A stretch of DNA of 64,000 nt from Chloroflexota bacterium (GCA_038040195.1 JBBPIR010000001.1:489141-553140), one strand, 5' to 3'. Numbered from the stretch's first letter, positions 37,205-46,354 are shown. Notes: generated by a model not told the origin, from the sequence alone. Numbers and translations are program-made.

Positions 37205-38484
37205 CGACCACCAAGCCGCCGCAAGCTGAGGACGCGGAGGAGCCACGCTCCGACGAGCCGCGCATCCCCGACCCGCTGGTATTGGACGCCATGGCCACCG
37301 GCGCGCCGCGCCAGGAGTTCTTCGGCTTCGACATCGTCCCGCCCCCCGACCGGCCGCCCCAGACCGAGCGCGAGCAGGAGGTCTACACCCTCGGCGACGG
37401 CGAAATGCTCGTCAACATGGGCCCCCAGCACCCCTCCACCCACGGCGTGATGCGCCTGGTGGTCAAGGTCCGCGGCGAGGTGGTCATCGACATCGACCCT
37501 GTGCTCGGCTACCTGCACCGAGGGATCGAGAAGCTGTGCGAAGAGGCCACCTACACCACGGTCCTGACCTACGTGGACCCCATGGACTACATGTCGGCCA
37601 TGCACAACGAGCACGCGCCGGCGATCGCGTTCGAGAAGCTGTACGGGATCCAGGCACCGCGCCGGGCGGAGTACATCCGGGCCCTGGTGGTCGAGCTGAA
37701 CCGGGTGTTCAGCCACGGCCTGATGATGGGCTTCCTGGCGCTCGACATCGGCGGCCTGACTCCCATCCTGTACGGCTTCATCAACCGCGACGAGGTGGTC
37801 GAGATGCTGGCCGCCATCTCCGGCCAGCGGATGCTGTTCAACTTCTTCCGAGTGGGCGGCGTGAACTTCGACACCAATGACGAGTTCATGTCGCGCCTCG
37901 GCCGATGGCGGGCCAACGTCCTGGACAACGTCGAGATGAACGAGAAGATCCTGACCGATAACGAGATCTTCCGGGCTCGGACCAGGGGGATGGGCACCCT
38001 GAGCGGCAAGGAAGCGATAGCTCTGGGGGTCAGCGGACCCAATCTGCGGGCCAGCGGGGTGCCGTTCGACGTCCGCAAGGCCCACCCGTACTGCATCTAC
38101 AACGAGCTCGAGTTCGACGTCATCACCCACACCGAGGGCGACACCTATGCCCGCTACATGCAGCGCATCGCGGAGCTGAAGCAGTCCATCCACCTTATCG
38201 ACCAGATCGTGGACAAGATGCCCCACGGCCCGGTCCAGGCCCAGGTGCCGGGGATCATCCGCCCTCGCCCCGGACGCGCCTATGCGGCCATCGAGTCGCC
38301 CCGTGGGCTGTACAGCGTGTACGCCATCAGCGACGGCGGCCCGAACCCGTATCGGTTCCGCATGCGCGACCCGAGCTTCATCAGCCTGCAGGTCATGCCC
38401 AAGCTCATGCCCGGGCACCTCATCGCCGACACCATGGCGATCATGGCCAGCCTGGATCCGATCATGGGCGGCGTGGACAAGTAG
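37201..38484 (+). CDS. nuoD: NADH-quinone oxidoreductase subunit D (49 kDa)
   Basis: 427 aa; MGPQHPSTHGVMRL, full-length NuoD. Confidence 0.9.
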   Translation: MTTTKPPQAEDAEEPRSDEPRIPDPLVLDAMATGAPRQEFFGFDIVPPPDRPPQTEREQEVYTLGDGEMLVNMGPQHPSTHGVMRLVVKVRGEVVIDIDPVLGYLHRGIEKLCEEATYTTVLTYVDPMDYMSAMHNEHAPAIAFEKLYGIQAPRRAEYIRALVVELNRVFSHGLMMGFLALDIGGLTPILYGFINRDEVVEMLAAISGQRMLFNFFRVGGVNFDTNDEFMSRLGRWRANVLDNVEMNEKILTDNEIFRARTRGMGTLSGKEAIALGVSGPNLRASGVPFDVRKAHPYCIYNELEFDVITHTEGDTYARYMQRIAELKQSIHLIDQIVDKMPHGPVQAQVPGIIRPRPGRAYAAIESPRGLYSVYAISDGGPNPYRFRMRDPSFISLQVMPKLMPGHLIADTMAIMASLDPIMGGVDK

Positions 38485-38493
38485 GGGGCCGAA

Positions 38494-39513
38494 ATGGATC
38501 CGGCGACCATCGAAACCCTGCTCGGCGTCGGCCGTTTCGTGGCGGCAACGACCCTGCTGCTGCTGCTGACCGTGCCGACCGCGTTCATCGTGGGCCAGCT
38601 GGAGCTGAAGATCATCGCCCTCATGCAGCTCCGCTACGGCCCCAACCGGGTCGGCCCGCGCGGGATGTTCCAGAGCGCGATCCACGGCTTCAAGATCCTG
38701 GCCAAGGAGGACCAGACGCCGGATCGAGCCGACGTCCCGGTCTTCACCCTGGCGCCGTGGATGGTGTTCATGGCGGCCGCCATGAGCATGCTGGTCATCC
38801 CGTTCGCCCCGGGCCTTGTGGCCTTCGACTCCGACATCGGCGTCATCTACTTCTTCGCCATCATCGGTCTGTCGGTGGTCGGGATGCTGGTCGCCGGTTG
38901 GGCCAGCTACAACAAGTACGCGCTGCTGGGCGGGCTGCGGAGTGCGGCCCAAATGGTCAGCTACGAGATCCCGTTGACCCTGTCCATCGTGGGCGTGGTG
39001 GTCCTGACCGGGACGTTGTCGTTCACCCACATCGTCGAATGGCAGCTGGAGCACGGCTGGGCGGTCATCTGGCAGCTGGTCGGCTTCCCGATCTTCTTCA
39101 TCGCCGCCGCCGCGGAGATCAACCGCACCCCGTTCGACATGGTGGAGGCCGATTCGGAGATCGTGGCCGGCCCGTTCACCGAGTACTCGGGCATGCGATT
39201 CGGTTTCTTCTATTTTGCGGAGTACGTCGCACTTTTCATCATGTGCGGCATCCTGGTCACCCTCTTCTTCGGCGGGTGGCTGGCGCCGTGGCCCTTCCCG
39301 GCCCAGCTGGACGGCTTCGCCGGCACCGTCTACGGCCTGGTCTGGTTCTTCCTGAAGACGTACATCTTCGTGTTCATCGCGATCTGGGTGCGGGCTACCC
39401 TGCCCCGCGTGCGAGTCGACCAGCTCATGGGCATGGCCTGGAAGGCGCTCCTCCCGCTGGCGCTCATCAATCTGTTCGTGACCGCCGCGGTGGTCCTGAT
39501 CTTCAAGCTGTGA
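38494..39513 (+). CDS. nuoH: NADH-quinone oxidoreductase subunit H
   Basis: 339 aa, 8 TM, RYGPNRVGP and FFYFAEY motifs; follows nuoD directly (no nuoEFG between). Confidence 0.9.
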   Translation: MDPATIETLLGVGRFVAATTLLLLLTVPTAFIVGQLELKIIALMQLRYGPNRVGPRGMFQSAIHGFKILAKEDQTPDRADVPVFTLAPWMVFMAAAMSMLVIPFAPGLVAFDSDIGVIYFFAIIGLSVVGMLVAGWASYNKYALLGGLRSAAQMVSYEIPLTLSIVGVVVLTGTLSFTHIVEWQLEHGWAVIWQLVGFPIFFIAAAAEINRTPFDMVEADSEIVAGPFTEYSGMRFGFFYFAEYVALFIMCGILVTLFFGGWLAPWPFPAQLDGFAGTVYGLVWFFLKTYIFVFIAIWVRATLPRVRVDQLMGMAWKALLPLALINLFVTAAVVLIFKL

Positions 39514-39524
39514 TGGCCTGACAC

Positions 39525-40373
39525 ATGGCGATCCCCGGCTCCGGCCTGCTCACCGGCATGGGCGTCACCCTGCGCAACCTCTTCCGCCCCAAGGTGACGC
39601 AGCAGTACCCCGAGGTGCGCCCCGCCATGGCGGAGCGTTGGCGGGGTCGGCTGGACCTGATCTACGACCCGTTCGGGGAGCACAAGTGCGAGGTCTGCTT
39701 CCAGTGCGCCATGGTGTGCCCGGTGGAAGCCATTGACATGAGCGGCTTCGACTCGCAGGGCAACAAGATCCGATACGGGCTGCCCGAGATCTACGACGAG
39801 CGCCGGGACCCCAACGCCTTCCGACGGGCCGGCCTTCCATCCAGACCGATGCGCAACGCGGCGCGCTGGGAGGAAGCGGTAGATGACGCCTGGGTCGACC
39901 AGGTCGTAGATGGATTTGGCGGGCGTCCGGAGTCGCTGGTGGCCATCTTCGTCGCGGTCCAGACCCGATACGGGTACCTGCCCGAGCCCGCGTTGCGCCG
40001 GATCAGCGACAGGATGACGATCCACTGGGCCCAGGTCTTCGGGGCTGCCGGGCTGGGCGGCTTCCGGCTGCTGCCGACCGAGGGGCACCTGGTCACGGTG
40101 TGCGACTGCGCCGCGTGCCGCTTCGCCGGAGGCGACAAGCTCCTGGCGGCCCTGGAGGAGGAGCTGGGGGTACGGGCCGGGGAGACGACCGATGACGGCG
40201 CATTCACCCTGGAGACCGATGCGAGCGTGGGAGCGGGCGCGATTGCGCCGGCGGTGCGGATCGACACCCTGGTATACGGGCCGCTCAACGTCGACGAGGC
40301 ACGCCACCTGATCTACGCCCGGCGGGCGGAGAAGTCCCGCGCCGAGAAGCTCGGCGCCGGGGCGAGCGCCTGA
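39525..40373 (+). CDS. fusion: NuoI N-terminal half (one 4Fe-4S motif) + NuoE-like thioredoxin-fold domain with incomplete 2Fe-2S ligand set
   Basis: aa 1-87 match NuoI N-half (TQQYPEVRP, GEHKCEVCFQCAMVCPVEAIDM, RYGLPEIY); remainder matches NuoE (VQTRYGYLPEP, VTVCDCAAC, GETTDDGAFTLE) but the second Cys pair reads TDASVGAG. Confidence 0.65.
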   Translation: MAIPGSGLLTGMGVTLRNLFRPKVTQQYPEVRPAMAERWRGRLDLIYDPFGEHKCEVCFQCAMVCPVEAIDMSGFDSQGNKIRYGLPEIYDERRDPNAFRRAGLPSRPMRNAARWEEAVDDAWVDQVVDGFGGRPESLVAIFVAVQTRYGYLPEPALRRISDRMTIHWAQVFGAAGLGGFRLLPTEGHLVTVCDCAACRFAGGDKLLAALEEELGVRAGETTDDGAFTLETDASVGAGAIAPAVRIDTLVYGPLNVDEARHLIYARRAEKSRAEKLGAGASA

Positions 40374-41719
40374 TGGCGGCCGGCCTCTCCCCGCAGATCC
40401 GGATCCTCCCCGGCGGGGAGCACCGCCTGCTGGCCGGGATCGGGAAGCTGGACCCCGAGTCGCTGGCTGCGTACCGCAAGGCCGGTGGCTACCGCGGCCT
40501 GACCCGCGCCATCACCAAGCTCTCCCCCGACGAGGTCATCACCGAGATCTTCGCGTCCCGCCTCCGCGGCCGAGGGGGCGCTGGGTTCCCGGTGGCCGAC
40601 AAGTGGCGCGCCACCCGTTCCGCCCCCGGTGAGCGGAAGATCGCGGTCGCCAACCTGATGGGCGCCGACCCGACATCGCTGGGGGATCGGGCGCTGGCCG
40701 AGGGCAACCCCCACCTCGTCCTGGAGGGGCTGCTCATCGCCGCCGCCGCGGTGGGGGCCTCGGAGGCCATTCTGGCCGTGCGGCGCGACTGGACCGCGGG
40801 CATCGAGCGCCTCCGCAAGGCGGCGGCGGATGCCGAGGCCGCCCACCTGGCGGGCTACCTCATCCTGGGCACCGACGTATCGGTCCAGGTGTCGGTGTGG
40901 GAAGGCTCCGGCGCCTACGTGGCGGGGGAGGAGACGGCCCTCATCCACGCCCTCCAGGGCGACCGCGGCATGCCGCTCATCCGCCCCCCGTATCCTGCCG
41001 CGCGCGGGCTGTGGGGCGTCCCGACGCTGGTCCACAACGGCGAGACCCTGGCCCACGTGGCCTGGATCCTGGGCCACTCGGCAGGCGACTTTGCCAAGGT
41101 CGGGCCCGAGGAGGCGCCGGGCACCAAGCTGGTCACCATCGCCGGCGCGGTGCGCAACCCGGGTCTGGCGGAGGTCGCGATGGGCACCGTGGTCGCCGAC
41201 ATCGTCAAGCTGGCCGGCGGGTCGACCGGGACCGTGAAAGCCGCGTTCGTGGGTGGACCGGGTGCCGGCGCGCTGGCTGCCAACGAACTGTCTGACACGG
41301 GCTACGAATACGGCGCGCTGGGCGCCGCCGGCGCTCACATCGGTTCGGGATCGGTCCTGGTCACCGACGCCGCCACCTGCATGGTGGCCACCGCCCGCTT
41401 CCTGCTGGACTACTCCGCGCGCGAGGCATGCGGAAAGGCCGTCCCGTGCCGGATCGGTCCGTTGCGGCTGGTTGAGATCCTGGACCGCATCCTGGCCGCC
41501 ACCCCGCGCCCCAACGACCTGGTCCTGCTGCGCGAGCTGTCGGCCAAGATCGCCGACACCGCCCTGTGCCGCCTCGAATCGCTCGCCCCCAAACCCATGC
41601 TCACCACCCTGGATCGCTTCGAGGACGAGTACCGCGCCCACGCCGAGCGGGGCGTTTGCCTGGCGGGCTCGTGCAAGACGGACCCGGTCTCCCCGTTGCT
41701 GGCGCCGCTGGCGTCATAG
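40373..41719 (+). CDS. NuoF-like (51 kDa) flavoprotein with degenerate N3 Fe-S motif
   Basis: 448 aa; SRLRGRGGAGFPVADKW FMN site, GEETALIHALQGDRGMPLIRPPYPA, GTKL; Fe-S motif EACGKAVPCRIG has only 3 of 4 conserved Cys. Confidence 0.7.
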   Translation: MAAGLSPQIRILPGGEHRLLAGIGKLDPESLAAYRKAGGYRGLTRAITKLSPDEVITEIFASRLRGRGGAGFPVADKWRATRSAPGERKIAVANLMGADPTSLGDRALAEGNPHLVLEGLLIAAAAVGASEAILAVRRDWTAGIERLRKAAADAEAAHLAGYLILGTDVSVQVSVWEGSGAYVAGEETALIHALQGDRGMPLIRPPYPAARGLWGVPTLVHNGETLAHVAWILGHSAGDFAKVGPEEAPGTKLVTIAGAVRNPGLAEVAMGTVVADIVKLAGGSTGTVKAAFVGGPGAGALAANELSDTGYEYGALGAAGAHIGSGSVLVTDAATCMVATARFLLDYSAREACGKAVPCRIGPLRLVEILDRILAATPRPNDLVLLRELSAKIADTALCRLESLAPKPMLTTLDRFEDEYRAHAERGVCLAGSCKTDPVSPLLAPLAS

Positions 41720-41729
41720 GATTGGACCG

Positions 41730-44114
41730 ATGACCTTCGCAGGCAACGGCAACGGGAAAGGCAACAGCAGCATGGTGGGGCCCTTCGAGGACTACGCCCC
41801 CATCTGGCCGGTGGTGCCCGGCACGCGCAAGATTACGGTCACGATCAATGGCCGCCAGGTCCAGGCCGAGGAGGGCCAGACCATCCTCCAGGCCTGTCGG
41901 GTGCTTGGGCTCGAGATCCCCACCCTGTGCTACGAGCCCAAGCTGTCCCCGTACGGTGCCTGCCGGATCTGCGTGGTCGAGGTGGACGGCCAGGACAACA
42001 CGCCCATCTCGTGCGGGACCGACCTCGCCGAGGGGATGGTCATAACCACCCACTCGGAGCGGGTCATCGAGAACCGCCGCCTGGTGCTGGAGCTGATCTT
42101 CTCGGACCACGACGCGTACTGCCTGCCGCCCTGCCAGTTCAAGTGCCCCACCCGGGTCGACATCCCCGGCTACCTGAAAGCCAACGCGGAGGGCAACTGG
42201 GAAGAGGCGACCCGCATCCTGAAGCGCTCGCTCCCCTTCCCGGCCATCCTGGGTCGGGTGTGCCCCGCCCCCTGCGAGACCCACTGCCGGCGCGAAGAGG
42301 TGGACACCGCCATCGCCATCCGCGACTCGCATCGGTACTGCGCCGACCGGGTCCTGGAGGTGGACGCGCCGGCCCCGCTGCCGTGGCCCAAGGAATCGGA
42401 CACCGGGCGCCGGGTGGCGATCGTCGGTTCAGGGCCCGCCGGCATGACGGTGGCCTACTACCTCCAGCTGCGCGGGCATCACTGCGACGTGTTCGAGGCC
42501 GATCCCGAGCAGGGGGGAATGCTCCGCTACGGGATTCCCGAGTACCGCCTGCCCAACGGCTGGATGGACCGCGAGCTGAACCACGTCTGGGAGCTGGGCG
42601 CCACCTTCAAGCCGAACATGCGCCTGGGCCGCGACTTCCACCTGGCCGATCTGGTGGAGCAGGGCTACGACGCCATCTTCGTGGGCATCGGCTGCTACAA
42701 GCCCAACGAGATGGGGATTCCCGGCGAGGACGCCGACGGGACCGTCAACGCGCTGGAGAACCTGTACAACAGCACCCGCGGCATCCCGGTTCCCGCCCTG
42801 AAGGGGGCCAGCGTGGTGGTCATCGGCGGCGGCTTCACGGCCATCGACTGCACCCGGACCTCCCTCCGCCAGGGCGCAGCCGAGGTCAACCTGGTGTACC
42901 GCCGTGACCTGAAGGACATGCCAGCGCAGGACGAGGTCCACGAGGCCGCCGAGGAAGGCGCCAAGGTCACCTTCCAGGCCGCGCCGGTCCGCATCGTGAC
43001 CGATGCCAAGGGCAAGGTGACCGGGGTCGAGTTCCAGAAGATGCACCTGGGCGAGGCCGATGAGAAGGGCCGGCGCCGGCCGGAGCCCATGCCCGGCACC
43101 GAATTCATCATCGAGTGCGACACGGTCCTGGGTGCCATCGGCCAGGGGCCGGAGCTGGCGTGGATCGACTCCGAGCCCGATGAGATCCGCTCCGGGCTGG
43201 AGGTCAGCCGCCAGGGGCGTCTGGTGGCCGATGCGAACACGTTCCGCACAGGCATCCCCAAGATCTTCGCCGCCGGCGACGTGAACCTGGGGGCCACCAC
43301 CGTGGTGGAGGCCATCGGCGACGGTCGGCGGGCGTCGTATGCCATGGACTACTGGCTCCGCGGCCACGACCTGGACGACCCGCAGGTGCGGCGCATGGTG
43401 TCCGAGCCGCAGCCCTCGTTCCTGACCATCGTGCCCTTCACCGACGACGTGAAGGAGCCCCAGGCGGTGATGGGCAAGCTGGGCGCTGAGGAACGGCGCA
43501 CGAACTTCGAAGAGTACGAGCACGGCTACACCCACGACCAGGCCATGGGCGAGGCCGCCCGCTGCCTGCAGTGCACGTGCGAGGCGATTGGCCACTGCGA
43601 CCTGCGCGAGGCGGCCATCGAGTACGAGACCACCCTGAACATGACGATCGACGAGCGGTCGATCCAGGACAACCCGTATGTCGGCATCAACCACGGCTAC
43701 GGCCGGGACGAGACCCACTCGTTCATCCTGCGCGATTACTCGCGCTGCATCGATTGCGGCCGATGCGCCCAGGTGTGCAAGGACATCGTGGGCGCCGGGT
43801 GCTACGACTTCATCGGAAAGGGCTTCGACTCGCTGGTTACGACCGCCGATTACGTCTCGTTGAACGAAACGCCGTGCGTGTCATGCGGGCGGTGCGCGGA
43901 GACGTGCCCGGTGGGGGCGCTCATGCCGCGGCCGCGGATCCTGGAGACGTACCAGCTCGACGTGAGCCGCTGCATCTTCTGCGGCATCTGCGCCGACGCC
44001 TGCCCCTACGACGCGCTCCGCTGCGGCCCGGAGTTTGAGTTCAGCGAGTACCAGCGCGACCTGCCCATGCTCGACATCCTCGAGATGTCCGACCGGGAGC
44101 GCCCCACCCGCTAG
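41730..44114 (+). CDS. multidomain fusion: NuoG-N-terminal-like 2Fe-2S domain + GltD-like domain (glutamate synthase small chain FAD/NAD(P)H oxidoreductase) + NuoG N4-like 4Fe-4S region + NuoI C-terminal half
   Basis: 794 aa; ITVTINGRQVQAEEGQTILQACRVLGLEIPTLCYEP...GACRICVVEV (2Fe-2S); GltD N-terminal Fe-S YCLPPCQFKCP and GRVCPAPCETHC; RVAIVGSGPAGMTVAYYL, VVVIGGGFTAIDC, IFAAGD; CIDCGRCAQVC...CVSCGRCAETCPVGALMP (NuoG N4-like); SRCIFCGICADACPYDALRCGPEFEFSEY (NuoI C-half). Confidence 0.65.
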   Translation: MTFAGNGNGKGNSSMVGPFEDYAPIWPVVPGTRKITVTINGRQVQAEEGQTILQACRVLGLEIPTLCYEPKLSPYGACRICVVEVDGQDNTPISCGTDLAEGMVITTHSERVIENRRLVLELIFSDHDAYCLPPCQFKCPTRVDIPGYLKANAEGNWEEATRILKRSLPFPAILGRVCPAPCETHCRREEVDTAIAIRDSHRYCADRVLEVDAPAPLPWPKESDTGRRVAIVGSGPAGMTVAYYLQLRGHHCDVFEADPEQGGMLRYGIPEYRLPNGWMDRELNHVWELGATFKPNMRLGRDFHLADLVEQGYDAIFVGIGCYKPNEMGIPGEDADGTVNALENLYNSTRGIPVPALKGASVVVIGGGFTAIDCTRTSLRQGAAEVNLVYRRDLKDMPAQDEVHEAAEEGAKVTFQAAPVRIVTDAKGKVTGVEFQKMHLGEADEKGRRRPEPMPGTEFIIECDTVLGAIGQGPELAWIDSEPDEIRSGLEVSRQGRLVADANTFRTGIPKIFAAGDVNLGATTVVEAIGDGRRASYAMDYWLRGHDLDDPQVRRMVSEPQPSFLTIVPFTDDVKEPQAVMGKLGAEERRTNFEEYEHGYTHDQAMGEAARCLQCTCEAIGHCDLREAAIEYETTLNMTIDERSIQDNPYVGINHGYGRDETHSFILRDYSRCIDCGRCAQVCKDIVGAGCYDFIGKGFDSLVTTADYVSLNETPCVSCGRCAETCPVGALMPRPRILETYQLDVSRCIFCGICADACPYDALRCGPEFEFSEYQRDLPMLDILEMSDRERPTR

Positions 44115-44155
44115 ATCCGAGCCCGGGCCGGCGCTGGGCGGTATCCTCGGGCGGA

Positions 44156-44560
44156 ATGACCGATCTTCCCCAGCAGCCGATCGAGATGATCCTGCTCCGC
44201 CAGCTGTCGGAGCACCTGTCCATTCCGATGTGGGTCATCGACGGCGAGGGGGATCTCGTCTTTTTCAACGAGGCGGCCGAGCCGACCCTCGGCGTGCGGG
44301 CCGACGACGTTGACCAGATGCCGTTCGAGACCTGGACCACGTCCTTCCGGCCCCGGGATCTATCGGGCAATCCGCTGCCGCCCGAGGCGCTGCCCCCGAT
44401 CATCGCGCTGCGAAAGGGGGAACCGGCCCATGCCACGATCGAGATCACGGGCGGGGATGGGGTCGCGCGCCGGATCGGCGTCACCGCCTTCCCGCTGACC
44501 GGCGGCCACGGCGACATCATGGGCTCGGTGACGATGTTCTGGGAGTCCCCCAAGGCGTGA
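44156..44560 (+). CDS. PAS domain protein
   Basis: 134 aa single PAS-like fold (PMWVIDGEGDLVFFNEAAE...GGHGDIMGSV). Confidence 0.5.
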   Translation: MTDLPQQPIEMILLRQLSEHLSIPMWVIDGEGDLVFFNEAAEPTLGVRADDVDQMPFETWTTSFRPRDLSGNPLPPEALPPIIALRKGEPAHATIEITGGDGVARRIGVTAFPLTGGHGDIMGSVTMFWESPKA

Positions 44561-45402
44561 TCGTCCGTCTGTGGGGCACCCGCGGGTCGGTGGCGGCCGC
44601 CGGCCCCCAGACCGCGCGCTATGGCGGCAACACGGCCTGCGTGGAGGTGCGCGGCGACGATGGGACGCTGCTCGTCCTCGACGCGGGGACCGGCATCCAG
44701 CGCCTGGGCGCTGAGGTCGCGATGGAGGCGGGGCGGATCGACATCCTGCTGACCCACCTCCACATGGACCACATCCAGGGCCTGGGCTTCTTTGCCCCGA
44801 TCTTTCGCCCCGGCTGCGAGATCCACATCTGGGGTCCGCCCTCGCCGACGCTCCATCTGCGCGCCCGCCTGACGCGCTACCTCTCCCCGCCCCTGTTCCC
44901 CATCCGCTTGCGCGACCTGCGTGCCAACTTCGACTTTCACGATGCTCCACAGGAGCCGTTCCGGATCGGTCCATTCACCATCCTGGCCGATGAGGTCATC
45001 CATCCCGGCGCGACCCTCGGCTTTCGGGTCAGCGAGAACGGCCGTTCCCTGGCCTACCTGAGCGACCACGAGCCGGCGCTCGGGACGGGGAACGGAGATG
45101 GCAACACATCCTGGGTGAGCGGGCTGCGCCTGGCGCGCGGGGCGGACGTGCTCATCCACGACGCCCAATACACGAACGAAGAGCGTGCCGAGCGGCTGGG
45201 CTGGGGCCACTCATCGGTCGGCGAGGCCATTGCCTTCGCGCGCCGCGCCCAGGTCGGCAAGCTGGTCCTGTTCCACCACGATCCGGCACGAACCGACGAT
45301 CAGATGGACGTCCTGGCCATGGCGGCCGCGGACCTGGCCGCGTCCACCGCCAACGGCCTGCAGGTGACCGCCGGGCGCGAGGGCGATCAGCTCTTGCCGT
45401 AG
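44557..45402 (+). CDS. MBL-fold metallo-hydrolase
   Basis: HLHMDH metal-binding motif, D and H residues downstream (SDHEP, HHD); embedded in nuo operon. Confidence 0.65.
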   Translation: MIVRLWGTRGSVAAAGPQTARYGGNTACVEVRGDDGTLLVLDAGTGIQRLGAEVAMEAGRIDILLTHLHMDHIQGLGFFAPIFRPGCEIHIWGPPSPTLHLRARLTRYLSPPLFPIRLRDLRANFDFHDAPQEPFRIGPFTILADEVIHPGATLGFRVSENGRSLAYLSDHEPALGTGNGDGNTSWVSGLRLARGADVLIHDAQYTNEERAERLGWGHSSVGEAIAFARRAQVGKLVLFHHDPARTDDQMDVLAMAAADLAASTANGLQVTAGREGDQLLP

Positions 45403-45432
45403 AATCGGTCACGGCCTCTCGAGCGAGGCCGT

Positions 45433-45975
45433 GTGAGCGCTCGGTCTCGAACGGGAGCCTCGACTCTGGACATCTCGACCGTCCTCTTCGTGGTGCTCGC
45501 CGCCGGCGTCCTCGGCGGCGGCCTGGCGGCCGTCCTGCTGCGGAACGTGATCCATTCCGCGGTGGCCATGATGGTCTCTTTCGGAGCCCTGGCGGGCACG
45601 TACGCCCTGCTCGGCGCGCCCATCGTGGCCGCCGCCCAGGTCCTCATCTACCTGGGGGCCATCAGCGTCCTGATCCTGTTCGCGATCATGCTGACCCAGG
45701 CCGGCGACGCCAACCTGCCGGCACCTTTCCAGCGCCAGGCGCCGTTCGCGGCCCTGGTCGCCATCGGGATCGTGGCCCTCGTCGGTTGGGCCCTGCTCCA
45801 GACCGACTGGCCCAACCCCAGCGTGATCATCCCGGTCGAGCTCGACGCCCTGGCCGCCGCCCTCTTCAACGACTACGCGCTGCCGTTCGAGATCGTGGGC
45901 TTCCTGTTGCTGGCCGCCATCATCGGCGCCATCTACCTCGCCCGACGGCCCGAAGAAGACGAGCGGATGAACTGA
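45433..45975 (+). CDS. nuoJ: NADH-quinone oxidoreductase subunit J
   Basis: 180 aa, 5 TM, VLIYLGAISVLILFAIML. Confidence 0.8.
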   Translation: MSARSRTGASTLDISTVLFVVLAAGVLGGGLAAVLLRNVIHSAVAMMVSFGALAGTYALLGAPIVAAAQVLIYLGAISVLILFAIMLTQAGDANLPAPFQRQAPFAALVAIGIVALVGWALLQTDWPNPSVIIPVELDALAAALFNDYALPFEIVGFLLLAAIIGAIYLARRPEEDERMN

Positions 45976-45978
45976 CCG

Positions 45979-46287
45979 ATGGGCCTCAACGGCTACCTGT
46001 TCCTGTCACTCGCCCTGTTCGGGATCGGGGCCTTCGGCTTCCTGGCCCGACGCAACGCGATCATGATGCTGATCTGCATCGAGCTCATGTTGAACGCGGT
46101 CAACCTGGCCCTGGTGGCCTTCAACGCGTTCGATTATTACGCCACCGATGACGCGGGCGCCGTCTTCTCGCTGCTCGTGATGGCCGTCGCGGCAGCCGAG
46201 GCGACGGTCGGCCTGGCCCTGGTCATCGCGATCATCCGCACCCGTCAGACCGCCGAGGTCGACGACTACGCCGATCTGAAGGAGTAA
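45979..46287 (+). CDS. nuoK: NADH-quinone oxidoreductase subunit K
   Basis: 102 aa, 3 TM, conserved Glu in CIELMLNAVNL and AAAEATVGLALV. Confidence 0.85.
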   Translation: MGLNGYLFLSLALFGIGAFGFLARRNAIMMLICIELMLNAVNLALVAFNAFDYYATDDAGAVFSLLVMAVAAAEATVGLALVIAIIRTRQTAEVDDYADLKE

Positions 46288-46354
46288 CGCGCTGGACCTG
46301 CAGTCGCTCGTCGCCCTGATCCCGGCCCTGCCGCTGGCCGGCTTCCTGTTCGCG

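Noticed and set aside
37045-39054. 669-aa minus-strand ORF antisense to nuoD/nuoH
   Set aside because: Shadow ORF opposite highly conserved complex I genes. His/Asp/Gly-rich low-complexity translation.
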